From: Mobula hypostoma
Lineage: Eukaryota
Assembly: GCF_963921235.1 (NCBI RefSeq)
Contig: NC_086097.1
Span: forward strand, 213,220,001 to 213,284,000
DNA: 64,000 nucleotides
Direction of reading: 5' to 3'
Made by a program: the position numbers and the translations under genes. Below are positions 50,750 to 62,310 of this stretch, piece by piece. Numbering within the stretch: the stretch's first letter is position 1; the number at the start of each line of letters is the position of its first letter. The notes below the pieces were generated by a model. The model worked only from the letters and a program-made list of their open reading frames with translations, had not been told where the DNA came from and ran no database searches.

Positions 50750-51402
50750 CCTTGTCAGCCACCTATTTCAATTCCACTACCCATTCCCATTCCGTCACCC
50801 ATTTCAGTTCCACTTCCCATTCCGTCACCCATTTCAGTTCCACTTCCCATTCCGTCACCCATTTCAGTTCCACTTCCCATTCCCATATGTCAATCCATTG
50901 CCTCCTCTACTGCCACAATGAGGCCACACTCGGGCTGGAGGAGCAACATCTTATGTTCCATCTGAGTAACCTCTAACTTGATGGCATTAACATCAATATC
51001 TTGAACTTCTGGTAATTGACCCCCCCCCCCCCGCCACCTCTTCATTATTCCCCATTCCTGTTTCCCTCTCTCTCCTATCTCCTTACCTACCCATCACCTA
51101 CTCTGGTGCTCCTCCATCATCCCTTTCTTCTATGATCTTCTGTCCTCTCCTGTCAGATTCCTCCTTTCCCAGCCCTTTATCCCTTTCACTAATCGACTTC
51201 CCAGCTCTTTACTTCACCCTCCCCCTCTCCCGGTTTCACCCATCACCCACCACCTTGTACTTCTTCCTCCCCTCCTCCACCTTCTTGCTCTGACTTCTCA
51301 TATTTTTCTTCAGTCCTGCTGAAGGGTCCTGGCTTGAAGCGTCGGCTATTTACTTCCATAGGTGCTGCCTGACCTCCAGTTCCTCCAGCATTTTGTGTGT
51401 TT
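50750..51402 (+). mobile_element. PLE 3' fragment with pLTR
   Basis: ORF 50752..50976 (…HMSIHCLLYCHNEATLGLEEQHLMF) followed by the pLTR and the shared terminus. Confidence 0.85.
50791..50880 (+). repeat. 30-bp tandem repeat, 3 perfect copies
   Basis: tccgtcacccatttcagttccacttcccat at 50791, 50821 and 50851 (in frame, SVTHFSSTSH). Confidence 0.97.
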
Positions 51403-51489
51403 TGCCTCCTAGTTGACATTTGCTTTAGCGTTTGCTCAAGTGACACTAAACCAACATTATGTGACTTTTGATATCACTGCTTGACCAGA

Positions 51490-53810
51490 AATTGCTGCAT
51501 ATTTACAGAAGAGAGACATAACAAATTGCTGATGCTGGGGTCTGGAGCAAAAAAAAATCTGCTGAAGGAATGTAGCAGATCAAATACGCCCACGACGTAC
51601 TGCGTTGAAACCCTGCAACAGGGCAGAGAATGGAGAGGCAAGATGGCCAGTATGAAGAGGAGAAGGGGAAAGGTTAGACAGGAATTGGAGATGATTGGTG
51701 GAATGGGGAGGGATGTAAGATGATAAGCAGGTTTTGCCAAGTAGGGGAGGAAAGCAGGGGTGGGATTGTGTGACAGTGGTGGGTAACTGAGAGGTGGAGG
51801 CTCAGAAAGAGAGGAATGAAAGTATATGCTGAAAGGCAATTGGAGCAACATGGGAAAAGGGGATTGGGGAGGTTGGAGACAGCTGCTGGAGGGAGATAAG
51901 TAGGAACACAGGGGGTTACCAATGCTTGATTCTGATAGGTAAAGGAGATTATAATGGGAACATTTAGAGGAGAGGTGAATGGCAGGTGGAAACAGAACAA
52001 GATGAGAGAGGGGTTGTGGTGAAAGCTTGTAGCTGAACTGTGTGTGCATTGAGTGAATGGTAGTAACAGGAGGAGGGGGCAAAAATAGGTGATGAGAAGG
52101 GGGTGCTTAGGGTGGAAGTGGCGTTGAGGGAAAGGGGACAAAAATGGGAGGTTCAAAGGAAAAGAGGGGAAAGGGGGGAAACAGAAGAAACAACCCATTG
52201 GAGGGGTGGGTTACCTAAAGTTGGAAAACTGTATTATGCAATAGGGTTGTAGGCAGAATATGAGGTGTTTTTCCTTCAGTTTGTGTTGGGCTTCACCCTG
52301 GCAGTGGAGAAGGGCAACAATGGACAGGTCACTTTGAGACTGTGAAAGGGAATTGAAATGGCATGCACCTGGGTTCTCTAAGGCCCTATTTATGCCTGTC
52401 TTTTTTGGCTACATGGAACGGTCTCTATTCCAAACCTTCTATGGCACTACTTCCTAACTCCTTCTCTGTACATTGATATCCTGCATTCATCAATTTTATT
52501 ACCTTTGTTACTAACTTCCACCCTGCTCTCAAGTACATATTGACGATGATGGTAACATAGTAGTTAACATATCGTTATTACAGCATCAGAGACTCAGGTT
52601 CAACTCAAAGAATTTGTACATTTTCCCTGTGACTGCATAGGTTTTCTCTGCGTGCTTCAGTTTCCTCCCACTTTCCAAAGATGCACGGGTCAGTAGGCCT
52701 ATTGGACCAAAAGGACCAGTTACCATGCTATATCTGTAAAATAAAAAAATCAAAAATTCTGACAAAAAAAATCCTAGATTTCTCTCCATCTCAGGAGACA
52801 AACTACCCAGTGACATTTACTACAATCCTACCCCGTACCACAATATTTAGACTATGCCTCTTCCTATTGATTCTTGTAAAGATGTTATTTCTTTTTCCCC
52901 GGTTTCTCAGTCTTCACCACATCTGCTCTTAAGATGAGGCCTTCCATTCCAGGACATCTGAAATGTTCCATTTTTCCATGAAGTGTAGCTTTCCTTCTGC
53001 TGTGGTTAACGAAGTCCATTCCCATATCTCTTCCGTTTCTTGTACTTCTGCTGTCAGCCCGCCTCTCTCTGGACAGAAGAGATGGAATTCTCCTAGTCGT
53101 CACCTTTTATCCTATCTGCCTCCTTATGTCACCCTTTGTCATTTCTGCCTGCTGCAATGCAATTCCATCTCCAGCCAATTCTTCTCACTTCTATATCTTT
53201 CCGCCCTCCATGGGGACAACTTCTTCTGTGACATCTTGGTGCATTCATCCCACCCAGTGACCCCTGGCACTTTCCTCTGCAATTGCAGGAGGTGTTATAC
53301 TTGTCCTTACTACCATCTGGGGATCTAAACAGTCTTCCAGTTGAAACAAAGATTCACTTGCCCCTCCAGTAACCTCAGCTACTGCATTTGGTGTTCTCAG
53401 TGTGGCTTCCGTTACATTGGTAAGACCTGGTACAGGCTGGGCAACCATTTTGCAGAGTATCTACACTCCTTCTTCCTTGCTTCATCTGCTTCTCAATTTT
53501 TAGCTCTCTTTGTCTGCCTCCATCCATCATTCACCTGCCATTGTGTCCCAAATCTACCCCCACTCCCCTATTCTATCTGGCGGAAGCTGCCTGTCATCTT
53601 ACATCCCCATCATTCCACCTATCACATGGAATTCCTGTCTCACCATTCTCATTTTCTTCTTTATAGTGGCCACCTCACCTCTCCACTTTCAGTCCTGCAG
53701 CAGGTTTTCAAACTGAAGTGTCAACAACTCCTTTCCTCCAACAGGCATTGCTTGACCCACTAAGATTCTTCAGCGGATTGTTTGTTGCTTGCAGTTCTGG
53801 CAATAAATGA
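51490..53810. mobile_element. Older inverted PLE (minus arm about 51490-52370, plus arm about 52380-53810)
   Basis: Plus arm carries RT remnants and a recognisable GIY-YIG segment, FTCPSSNLSYCIWCSQCGFRYIGKT..RLG..FAE (ORF 53341..53763). Confidence 0.78.
52548..52765 (+). mobile_element. HE1/V-SINE-like SINE inserted in the PLE
   Basis: ggttcaactc B-box-like motif, V-domain-like ccctgtgactgcataggttttctctgcgtgcttcagtttcctcccactttccaaaga and an A-rich tail. Confidence 0.68.
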
Positions 53811-53867
53811 CCAAGTCCAACCTTTTGAATATACTAAATCTTCTCCTGTTCTTCTCCTGTGCTCCGT

Positions 53868-54178
53868 GTGGGCACATGGCCAAGTGGTTAAGGCATTGGA
53901 CTAGCGACCTGAAGGTCGTGAGTTCGAGTCCCAGCTGAAGGAACGTGTTCTGTCCTTGAGCAAGGCACTTAATCACACATTGCTCTGCGATGACACTGGT
54001 GCCAAGCTGTATGGGTCCTAATGCCCTTCCCTTGGACAACATCGGTGTCATGGAGAGGGGAGACTTGCAGCATGGGCAACTGCTGGTCTTCCATACAACC
54101 TTGCCCAGGCCCGCGCCCTGGAGAGTGAAGGCTTTCCAGGCGCAGATCCATGGTCTCGCAAGACTAACGGATGCCTTT
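53868..54178 (+). mobile_element. tRNA-derived SINE with intact Pol III A and B boxes
   Basis: A box TGGCCAAGTGG (53877-53887), B box GAGTTCGAGTCCC (53920-53932), CORE-like gtccttgagcaaggcacttaa and a 3' hairpin at 54113-54143. Confidence 0.85.
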
Positions 54179-54469
54179 TACTCTCTTGTTCCCTACATTT
54201 TCTGTTAACAAACTTGTTTACTCAGGGAACAAGATTTTGGAAGAATAAATACCCACTTCCCTTATCCATTCTCACCCCAACAGCCTCAAGTGTGTAATAA
54301 AGTTTGCACTATCCAGACACGGTTTGGATGACCTAATTTGGCTACACACTCTGCTTGCACATGTGGCCTACAACATATGTTCTTGACAAATGAGCAAGCC
54401 AGATGCCAAAACATTAAAATTTCTAGATACTAGAGCTTTAATGTACATAGAGTCTGAGTGATACCACCC

Positions 54470-55050
54470 CTGAAATATTGGTACAGGTTTGGTCTCTCTA
54501 CTACCAGAGAAAAGCAATACTTGTAATAAGATGCCGTGCATAGAAGGTTTACTAGTTTGATTCCTAGGAATCTGACATAGTCCTATGAAGAGTGAGTTGT
54601 AAACTAAGCCTATAATTTGCAGAGTTTTAAGGTATAAAAGATGATCTCATTAAATAAAAAAAACTTACAAAGTTTGACAGGATAGATCCGGGGGTGATTT
54701 GCTCCTGGCTAGGGTATCTTGAACTGGAAGTCTTAATCTCAAAATATGGATTTGGTCATACCAAGCCAAAGTGAAATCTCTTCATCTAGAAGATCGCGAA
54801 TCTTTTGAATTCCCTCCATAAGAGAACAGTTACTGTATATATTCAAGAGACAAATCATTGAGAGTTTTGGATACTACGTAAATCAGTAAATAAAATTTCT
54901 AGATGAATGGGCATTTCTCCATAAAATATTTTATTTAATAAAAGATTTTAATGAGTGGCAGACCAAGCTTAGAGGTCTGACGAGTTTACTCCTGTTTCTG
55001 TTTCATAAGTTATGTTGTACTCACCAATACAAATTCTCCACAATAAGCTA
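54470..55050 (+). mobile_element. Old CR1 3' fragment
   Basis: Degenerate RP.LEY..Q.WSP, R.FT.LIP and SYEE.L..L-like segments plus a 3' UTR. Confidence 0.6.
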
Positions 55051-56171
55051 CCACCAATGCCTCTTTATTGTGAAGCCTGAGGCACAAACACAATTAACTT
55101 CCTAACTGGACCCACTTATAAACATCCTTCTGTTCCTTTTACTCCTGCACATCCAGCAACTCTCACTGTACTGTATGCCTGATAATGAAAAAAAATGAAA
55201 TATGATTTAGCGGTGAAAAAATGATAATGATAATAGTACTTGAATTTTATAGTCAACTGAATAATTAAAAAGTCAGAATGTGGCTAGAGGTATTTGTATC
55301 TCTAATCCACATGCTGATTTTACTCTATCAGTATGCACCAGGTTGTGTAGGCCCCTGCCTCCGAATCTCCATGGAGAGGGGTGTCTTCTCCTCTGCACCC
55401 ATTAATTGGACTATTAGTTGCCACATATTCCGACGATACTGGGTATGTTGACTGTGAAGTTCTAAGTTTAAACGAAGACCTTAAGCCCTATCCGATATAG
55501 ACAGCTACAGATACCCTCACTAAGGGGATGTTATACTATAACTAACCAATCTTCAAAACTGGTTCACCTCCTTGTTTATTCTCCATGGTGAGTTTAACTG
55601 CCAATACACACTCTATGAACAGTTGCCCCCACCCCACCACCAAGGAGAAGATACCTCCAGCTAACAAAGTAGTTTAGACACAGTCCATTTATTTTCAGTT
55701 ATATGCGTTTAAATCCAAACAACATTTAAAATTCACAGAGGATTTTTATTTTATAAAACACTTGCAAATTACAAGCCATTTCCAAAACACAAAGGAGTTG
55801 CAAAATACAATTCCTACAAGTGATAAAGACTCACAAATGATGAAGACAAATGAATTGCCCGTCACAGAAATTGAAGTCAGAAGAATAGATTCTAGTTCAC
55901 CTCATGTTTTATCATTCATTTTTAATATTCTTTAACCATTCCCAAAAAGCCTGAACTGCTCGCTACATATAAAAGATTTTTCTGCCACTTGGGGGTGACT
56001 TCACACCACTATAATATTTCCTTAGATATCCTTTTTCCCAAATGGTCCAAAAGCTTCTTGGGGGGACAGTTCCCAGGTACCCAAATTAATGCTGTGAAGC
56101 TGACTTTGAGCACACAAACCTTCCAACTTCATAACACATAAGCCATTTGATATGCTTAGTGATATTTTCAA

Positions 56172-58620
56172 CAAAAGATATAGAAGCAGAATTAGGCAAT
56201 TTGGCCCATCGAGTCTACTCCACCATTTCATCACGTCTGATCCATTCACCTCTCAGCCCCAATCTCCTGCCTTCTCCACGTAACTTTCAATGCCCTGACT
56301 AATTAAAAATATATCAACCTCTGCCTTAAATGTAGCCGGTGACCGAGTCTCCACAGCCGCCTGTGGCAATGGATTCCACAGATTCACCACTCCTTGGATA
56401 AAGAAATTTCTACCCCATCTCTATTCTAAATGGACATTCTTCTATTTTGAGGCTGTGCCCTCTACACCTAGACTCTCCCACTCTGTCGAGGATTTTCAAC
56501 ATTCGACAGGTTTCAATGAGATCTGCCTTCAGTCTTCTGAATTCCAGTGTGTACAGGACCAGAGCCATCTGCATGTTGAAATCACCCATGACTATCATAA
56601 CATTGCCCTTTTGGCATTCCTTTTCTATCTCCTACTACAATTTGTAGTCCATACCTTTGCTATGTTTTGGAGGCCTGCATACCTCCCATCAGGGTGTTTT
56701 TATTCTTGCAGTTTTTGGATCTACCCACAAGCATGCTACACCTTCCTATCCTATGTCACCTCGTCCTAAGGATTTGATTTCATTTTTTTACCAACAGAGC
56801 TCCCCCACCCCTTTGCGTACCTGCCTGTCCTTTCAATACAATGTGTATCCTTGGATGTTAAGCTCCCATATATAACCTCTTGCAGCCATGACTCAGTGAT
56901 GTCCACAACATCATACCTGCCAATCTCTAACTGTGCTTCACATTCATCTGCCTTATTCCATATACCGTGTGCATTCAAATATAACATCTTCAGTCCTGTA
57001 TACAGCACCCTTTTCGATTTTGGCCCCCTTTTACATTGCAATTTAACCTGTTAACTGCAATTTTGCCCTGTCATCAGGCTTTCCATACCAGCAGTATCAC
57101 TACACACTGCTTTTGTTTGTAAAGCAACTGTCCCATCCTTAGCCCTATCGTTCCAGTTCCCACATCCCTGGCAAGCTAATTTAAACCTTCCCAAAAAGCT
57201 CTAGCAAACTTGCGAGCAAGGATATTGATCCACCACGGGTTCTGGCTGCTCACCTTCCTCTAGAATGCTGTGGGCCCAATCTGAGACATCTCTGACCCTG
57301 GCACCTGGGAGGCAACATATCGCATATCGCATCATGTGTCTCTATCGCATCCACAGAATTTTGTTTCTGTTCCTCAACCTCATATCACTATTGTAGTCCC
57401 CTTCACCTCTCTTCTCTTCTGACTCACAGTGTCACACTCAGTGCCGGAGACCCGGTTGCTGCAGCTCCCCTCAGTAGATTGTCCCCCTCAACAGTATGCA
57501 AAACAGTATACTTATAATTGAGGGGAATGGCCACAGAGGTAAGACCATAAGACACAGGAACAGAACTAGGCCATTCAGCCATGGAGTCTGCTCTGTCATT
57601 CCATCATGGCTGATCCCAGATCCTACTCAACCCCATATACCTGCTTTCTCAATGTATCCTTTGATGCCCTGACTGATCAGGAAACTATCAACTTCAGCCT
57701 TAAATATACAGTACCCGCAGTCTTGGCCTCCACCACAGTCTGTAGCAGAGCATTCCACAGATTTACTACCCTCTGACTAAAAAAATGCCTCCTTACCTCC
57801 CATCTTAAAATGTCTCCCCTCAATTTTGAGGATGTGCCTTCTAGTTCTGGATACCCCCACCATAGGAAACATCCTTTCTACATCCACCCTATCTAGTCAT
57901 TTCAACATTCGGTAGGTTTCAATGAGATCCCCTGCATTCTTCCAAATTCCAGTAAGTACAGGCCCAAGGCTGCCAAACGCTCCTCATATGTTAACCTCTT
58001 CATTCCCGGAATCATCCTTGTGAACCTCCTCTGGAATCTTTCCAATGACAACACATCCTTTCTGAGATATGGTGCCCAAAACTGTAGACAATACTCCAAG
58101 TGTGGCCTGACTAGTGTCTTATAAAGATTCAGCATTATTGCCTTGGTCTTATATTCTATTTCCATTGAAATAAATGCCAACATTTTAGTTGCCTTCCTTA
58201 CCACAGACTTAACCTGTAAATTAACTTTCTGGGATTCTTGCACGAGGACTCCCAAGTCCCTCTGCACCTTTGATGTTTGAACCTTCTCCCTGTTTACAAA
58301 CATTTGTAGATAATAGTCTGCACTTTTGTTCCTTTTAGCAAAATGCATTACCATGCATTTCCCAACCACCGTATTCCATCTGCCGCAGAGTACAGGTACT
58401 CTGTACTGGCTGCCCATTTCCCTTCCTTCTCCTGACTATCCCCCCATTACCTGCCTCGTGAAACCTAGGGGTGACTATCTCCTTGTAGCTCCTATCTATC
58501 ATTCCTTCAGTCTTTTGTATGAGTCAAATATCATCGAGCTGCAGCTCTAATTCCCTAACACATTCTCTGAGGAGCTGCAGCTCAATGACCAGGTGCAGAT
58601 GTGGTTATCTGGGAGGCTAA
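56172..58620 (-). mobile_element. Internally deleted CR1 (3' end fused to EN/ORF1) with a second CR1 3' fragment (57541-58385) inserted in ORF1
   Basis: ORF 56410..56598 joins IVMGDFN (EN) directly to LEFRRLKADLIE (C-terminus); ORF 56766..57041 is the EN start; ORF 57902..58417 is the RT C-terminus of the nested copy. Confidence 0.85.
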
Positions 58621-59534
58621 TAATATTCATCCCATCTGCTTGAAACAAGCCAAATTATATATTCCATTGTGTAATGCTGCACTGCTTAAACAGCAAGTAC
58701 AGGTACTGTGAACCAACATCCTTCTTTCTATAAACAGTGAGTCTGTTTGCAAAGTTGTGTTTTTAATTTCAGACCAGCTATTACTTGCAATTTACATTAA
58801 ATGAAGACTGGCTCCCATTTATGACCAGAAGCTAAACAATTAATAGTAGTTGAAAGTCTATCATATTCAAAAAACAATCCTTTAATCTCCAGTAGTGTCC
58901 TCTGCTGTGTTTAGAAAGATGAGGTTGGAAAAAATGAAGCTCACCAGCCCAGGAACTGAATATCCATCACCATGTTTCCATCCTCTTTGTACTTTGTGCC
59001 TCCTTGTCCTATAAAGAGTAACGAGAATAAAATTAGTATATGTATTGGATTGATAAGAAGCACTTTGTCAGATACTATAACTCACACCCATCATCTTGCA
59101 TAAAGATTTGGATGTGAAACCAATGGTGGCATAAATGGGGAAGAGAAAGTAGCTAGAAAATGAAGATTGAATAATGAATATTAGTTGTGAGGGATGATGC
59201 TATTGTGAGCAGTAACCTAAACATAGTGATGCTGAGTGGAAGATATGGAAAGGTACTCAAGATGCTACATGCTGGTAAAACCAGCTCAGGAAGAAGAGGA
59301 ACTCTTAGAAAGTTTATGAAGTTTGTACTTTGTCACAAACCGGACAGAGTGCTCCTTAATTACCTCTTATTTCTCTTCTTGGTAGGAACAAGAGTGCCTG
59401 TAAATTTGGTTCTCGTCCTCTTTTGGTGTGATAAACATATGTTTCATCAACCAAGTACAACCAATATAGGCAGGAACTTAGGCAAAATTAAGTTAAAAAC
59501 AGTTCTATTGCCACACAGACTCGTGTTCTAAAAT

Positions 59535-60130
59535 CAAGGAACAAACGCAAAATGCTGGAGGAACTCAGCAGGCCAGACAGTATCAATGGAAAAAAAATAC
59601 AGTCGACGTTTCAGGCTGAGAACCTTCATCAGGAGAAAAAAAGATGAAGAGTCAGAGTTAGAAGGTGGGGGAATGGGAGGGAGAAACACAAGGTGATGGG
59701 TGAAACTGGTGGGGGGGGGTAAAGGGTTAGGAAGTTGATTGGTGAAAGAGATACAAGGCTGGAGAAGAGGAAATCTAATAGGAGAGGACAGATGGCCATG
59801 AAAGAAAGAAATGGAGGAGGAGCATCAGAAGGAGACAGTGGGCGAACAAGGAAAGAAGGTGAGAGAGGGAAAAAGGGATGGGTAATGGTGAAGGAGGAGA
59901 AATCATTATCAGAAGTTTGAGAAATCCTCTTCTATCACCTTCTGTTTCTCCCTCCCCCCCCCCACCTTCTACTTCTGACTCCTCACCTTTTTTTCTCCAG
60001 TCCTGCTGAAGGGTCTCAGCTTGAAACGTAGACTGTACTCTTTTATGTAGATGCTCCCGGGCTGCTGAGTTCCTCCAGCATTTAGTGTGTGTTGCCTGGA
60101 TTTCCAGCATCTGCAGATTTTCTCTTGTTA
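59535..60130. mobile_element. About 600-bp palindromic PLE pLTR insertion
   Basis: Minus arm about 59540-59925, plus arm about 59926-60130; candidate TSD gtgttctaaaat (59523-59534) / gtgttcaaaaat (60131-60142). Confidence 0.85.
59600..59634 (-). ncRNA. Minimal type I hammerhead ribozyme motif
   Basis: Reverse strand reads TC-CTGATGA-AGGTTCTCAGCCT-GAAAC-GTC-GACTG: intact core and GUC triplet, with the 5' strand of stem I partly lost. Confidence 0.65.
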
Positions 60131-60889
60131 GTGTTCAAAAATGGCATCTTTACTTCTCCCTTGGGAGTTGCTTGACAACTTGGAATTGTTTCATTGCCAT
60201 ACTGGTAACCGTGGATGAGCATCACATTCTAAAGGTAGTCTTTGCATGGCAGCCATAGAACAGCTGAAAAGAACTAGCCAATATGCCATGGAGAAGGTGA
60301 GGTAACAGAAGTGAAAGAAGGGGGAAGTTTGTATATTTGACTCATTTGTGCGACTAATTAACAGTTAATAATTTATTTGCATCTATTCACTATTAAAACA
60401 TGTAAGTTTCTCCTTTATTCACTTTGATATCAGCAGTGGGAATTACTACTGCCAAGTAAACCAATTTAATATCTTGATTTTTGGACAGAGTGTTCCTTAG
60501 AATGTGCTAATACGTTGAATACAGTAGTGAATTCCTTTATCCACCTGCTTTTGCAGAGTTGGCCCTTAAGATACAGGAAATGATCTACATTTTCTACCTT
60601 TTCACTGACCGGCTTTATATTTAGGGAGTGGTGTTGAACAGCACGGGCAGTTTACCACCTCGGGCTCCTCTCTCATCCATCCTCACGACCTTAGTTTTGG
60701 ATGAAAACTGTGGAGAGAAGAATCTACCTCTGAGCAGATCAGGCAGCATCTGTGGAGAGGTACAGTGGTAACTCTGCTCTCCGCAGATACCGCCTACCTG
60801 AACGGCACAGAGTCTCCAGCATTCACTGTTTCCCTTTGTTTTGCAGACAGATGTTAGATTTTAAACATATGTGATTTTTATAAGGGTCA

Positions 60890-61400
60890 TTCGCCCCAGC
60901 GCTTCAGTGAATGACTGGACAAGGCTTAGCAGGCTGGCGAGCCCGAATGCCGACGTGTGCAGACTGGGAAGACGGGAAGACGGGAAGACGGCAGGGCGGC
61001 AGTTCGATCGAGCGCCGCTGAGGGCGTTGTGAGCGACCGGCTGCCAGCCCGGCATTTCCGCTGCTGACGTCGACAGGAGCTGTTATTGTTGAGGCGGCGG
61101 CGGCTCGAGTGCGCAGTCACCGCGGACACACGATGGCGTACGCTTACCTCTTCAAGTACATCATCATCGGGGATACAGGTGAGTGTCGAGTCCTGGGCTG
61201 GGGACCCGCAAAGCGACATGGCTCCCAGCAGGGTAGGTTTGCCTGTTTTCAGTACAATGGGAGGGCGGGGAAAAGGCACCAGTAGGCCTTAGACCGGGCC
61301 TCGGCTCCCAGCTGATTGCCAGCTCACCTAGCCTTGCGTCTGCCGCGGTCCTCCGGCCCGGCCTAGTTCTCGGGGCTGGGTGTGGTGGCGACAAGGGTTG
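60890..61400 (+). promoter_or_regulatory. CpG island / promoter and 5' UTR of RAB2A
   Basis: Dense CpG/GC-rich stretch in otherwise CpG-depleted DNA. Contains (GGGAAGAC)x3 at about 60966-60989, GGGCGG, an ETS-like ATTTCCG at 61054-61060 and a CRE-like TGACGTC at 61065-61071, directly upstream of the ATG. Confidence 0.85.
61133..61178 (+). CDS. RAB2A: RAB2 small GTPase, first coding exon (46 nt, phase-1 intron follows)
   Basis: ATGGCGTACGCTTACCTCTTCAAGTACATCATCATCGGGGATACAG translates to MAYAYLFKYIIIGDT(G), the N-terminus of vertebrate Rab2. It is followed by a consensus donor G|GTGAGT at 61179 and lies in a CpG island. MAYAY favours RAB2A over mammalian RAB2B (MTYAY); exon 2 is not visible in the window. 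Confidence 0.93.
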
Positions 61401-61939
61401 TTGGGAAACGTTTCTCAGCTGTTTCCACTCATGTTTCCAAGTGCAGGCCCATGGTGGGAGGTGGGGGCCTCCCAGACTAGGAGACAGGAGGCTGTAGACC
61501 CAGACAGTTAAACCAAACTGGGCCTTTAGGACATGAGAAGGTGCCAACTTCCTCCACGCCTCGCATGGAGCCACGACTGAGTTGGTGCTCTTAGTTGACG
61601 CATTGTTTCATGGTAAAGAGGTGAAGTCGAATTGCAGTGAGAAAGCTCGTTGGGATAGCCACAACTGCATGCTAGGGAAGAGATTGTAAAAGTGAATGCA
61701 TTTTGCGCCATTACTGCCAGAGGGCTGAATTTTCCATTTGGTAACATGAAACTGAATTCTTGTATTTCTGAAGTATGGGAATATTAGGTAAAATTAATGC
61801 ATTACTTGTGGACAGACGTTTGACACCATGCTGATTTGTACTTTACATTTATGCTTGATACTTCTGTGGAATCTGGGAAAACAGACTGGTATAATTTATT
61901 GAATTATGAGCTTATGATTGGTGAAGAAGGAGGGCGAGA

Positions 61940-62310
61940 GGTGACTTTGTAGAGGTATACAAGATACTGAGTGGCATATATCCAGTGGATAGCTAAAAGT
62001 TTTTTTTCCCTAGGAGAGGAATGGCTAATACAAGGGGGTGTGAGTTTAATATGATTGGGGAAATGGATAGGAGGAATGTCAGAGGCAAGTTATTTTACTG
62101 AGTGGTAAAGTACGGTGTGGAATGTTCTCCTGGGGTAATGGGAGTAGATGCGTTAGGGACATCTAGGTAACTCTTAGATAGGCATATGGATGATAGAAAA
62201 ATGGGCTCTTTATAGATGAGGGAAGAATAAAGTTGATCATAGTATAGACTAAAAGGTTGACAATATTGTGGGCAGAAGGGTCTGTAATGTGCTGTGATGT
62301 TCTGTGTTCT
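61940..62310 (+). mobile_element. Old CR1 3' fragment in RAB2A intron 1
   Basis: gaggtgactttgtagaggtatacaagat (RGD..EVYKI) followed by a 3' UTR ending gggcagaagggtctgt…tgttctgtgttcta. Confidence 0.7.

Noticed and set aside
51474..52198. Long Pro/Leu/Ser-rich ORFs (202 and 174 aa)
   Set aside because: They arise from the purine/pyrimidine-biased PLE pLTR and show no protein motifs.
53868..53945. tRNA gene
   Set aside because: A and B boxes are present, but there is no convincing acceptor stem or immediate poly-T terminator, and it continues into a SINE body.
1..60890. Exons of a neighbouring host gene such as CA8
   Set aside because: Expected from human synteny only; I found no carbonic-anhydrase-like peptide or second promoter in the window.
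60861..61747. ORFs overlapping the CpG island (e.g. 60926..61279, 61086..61292, 61164..61574)
   Set aside because: By-products of high GC content; the real reading frame is the 46-nt RAB2A exon, which the ORF track does not list.
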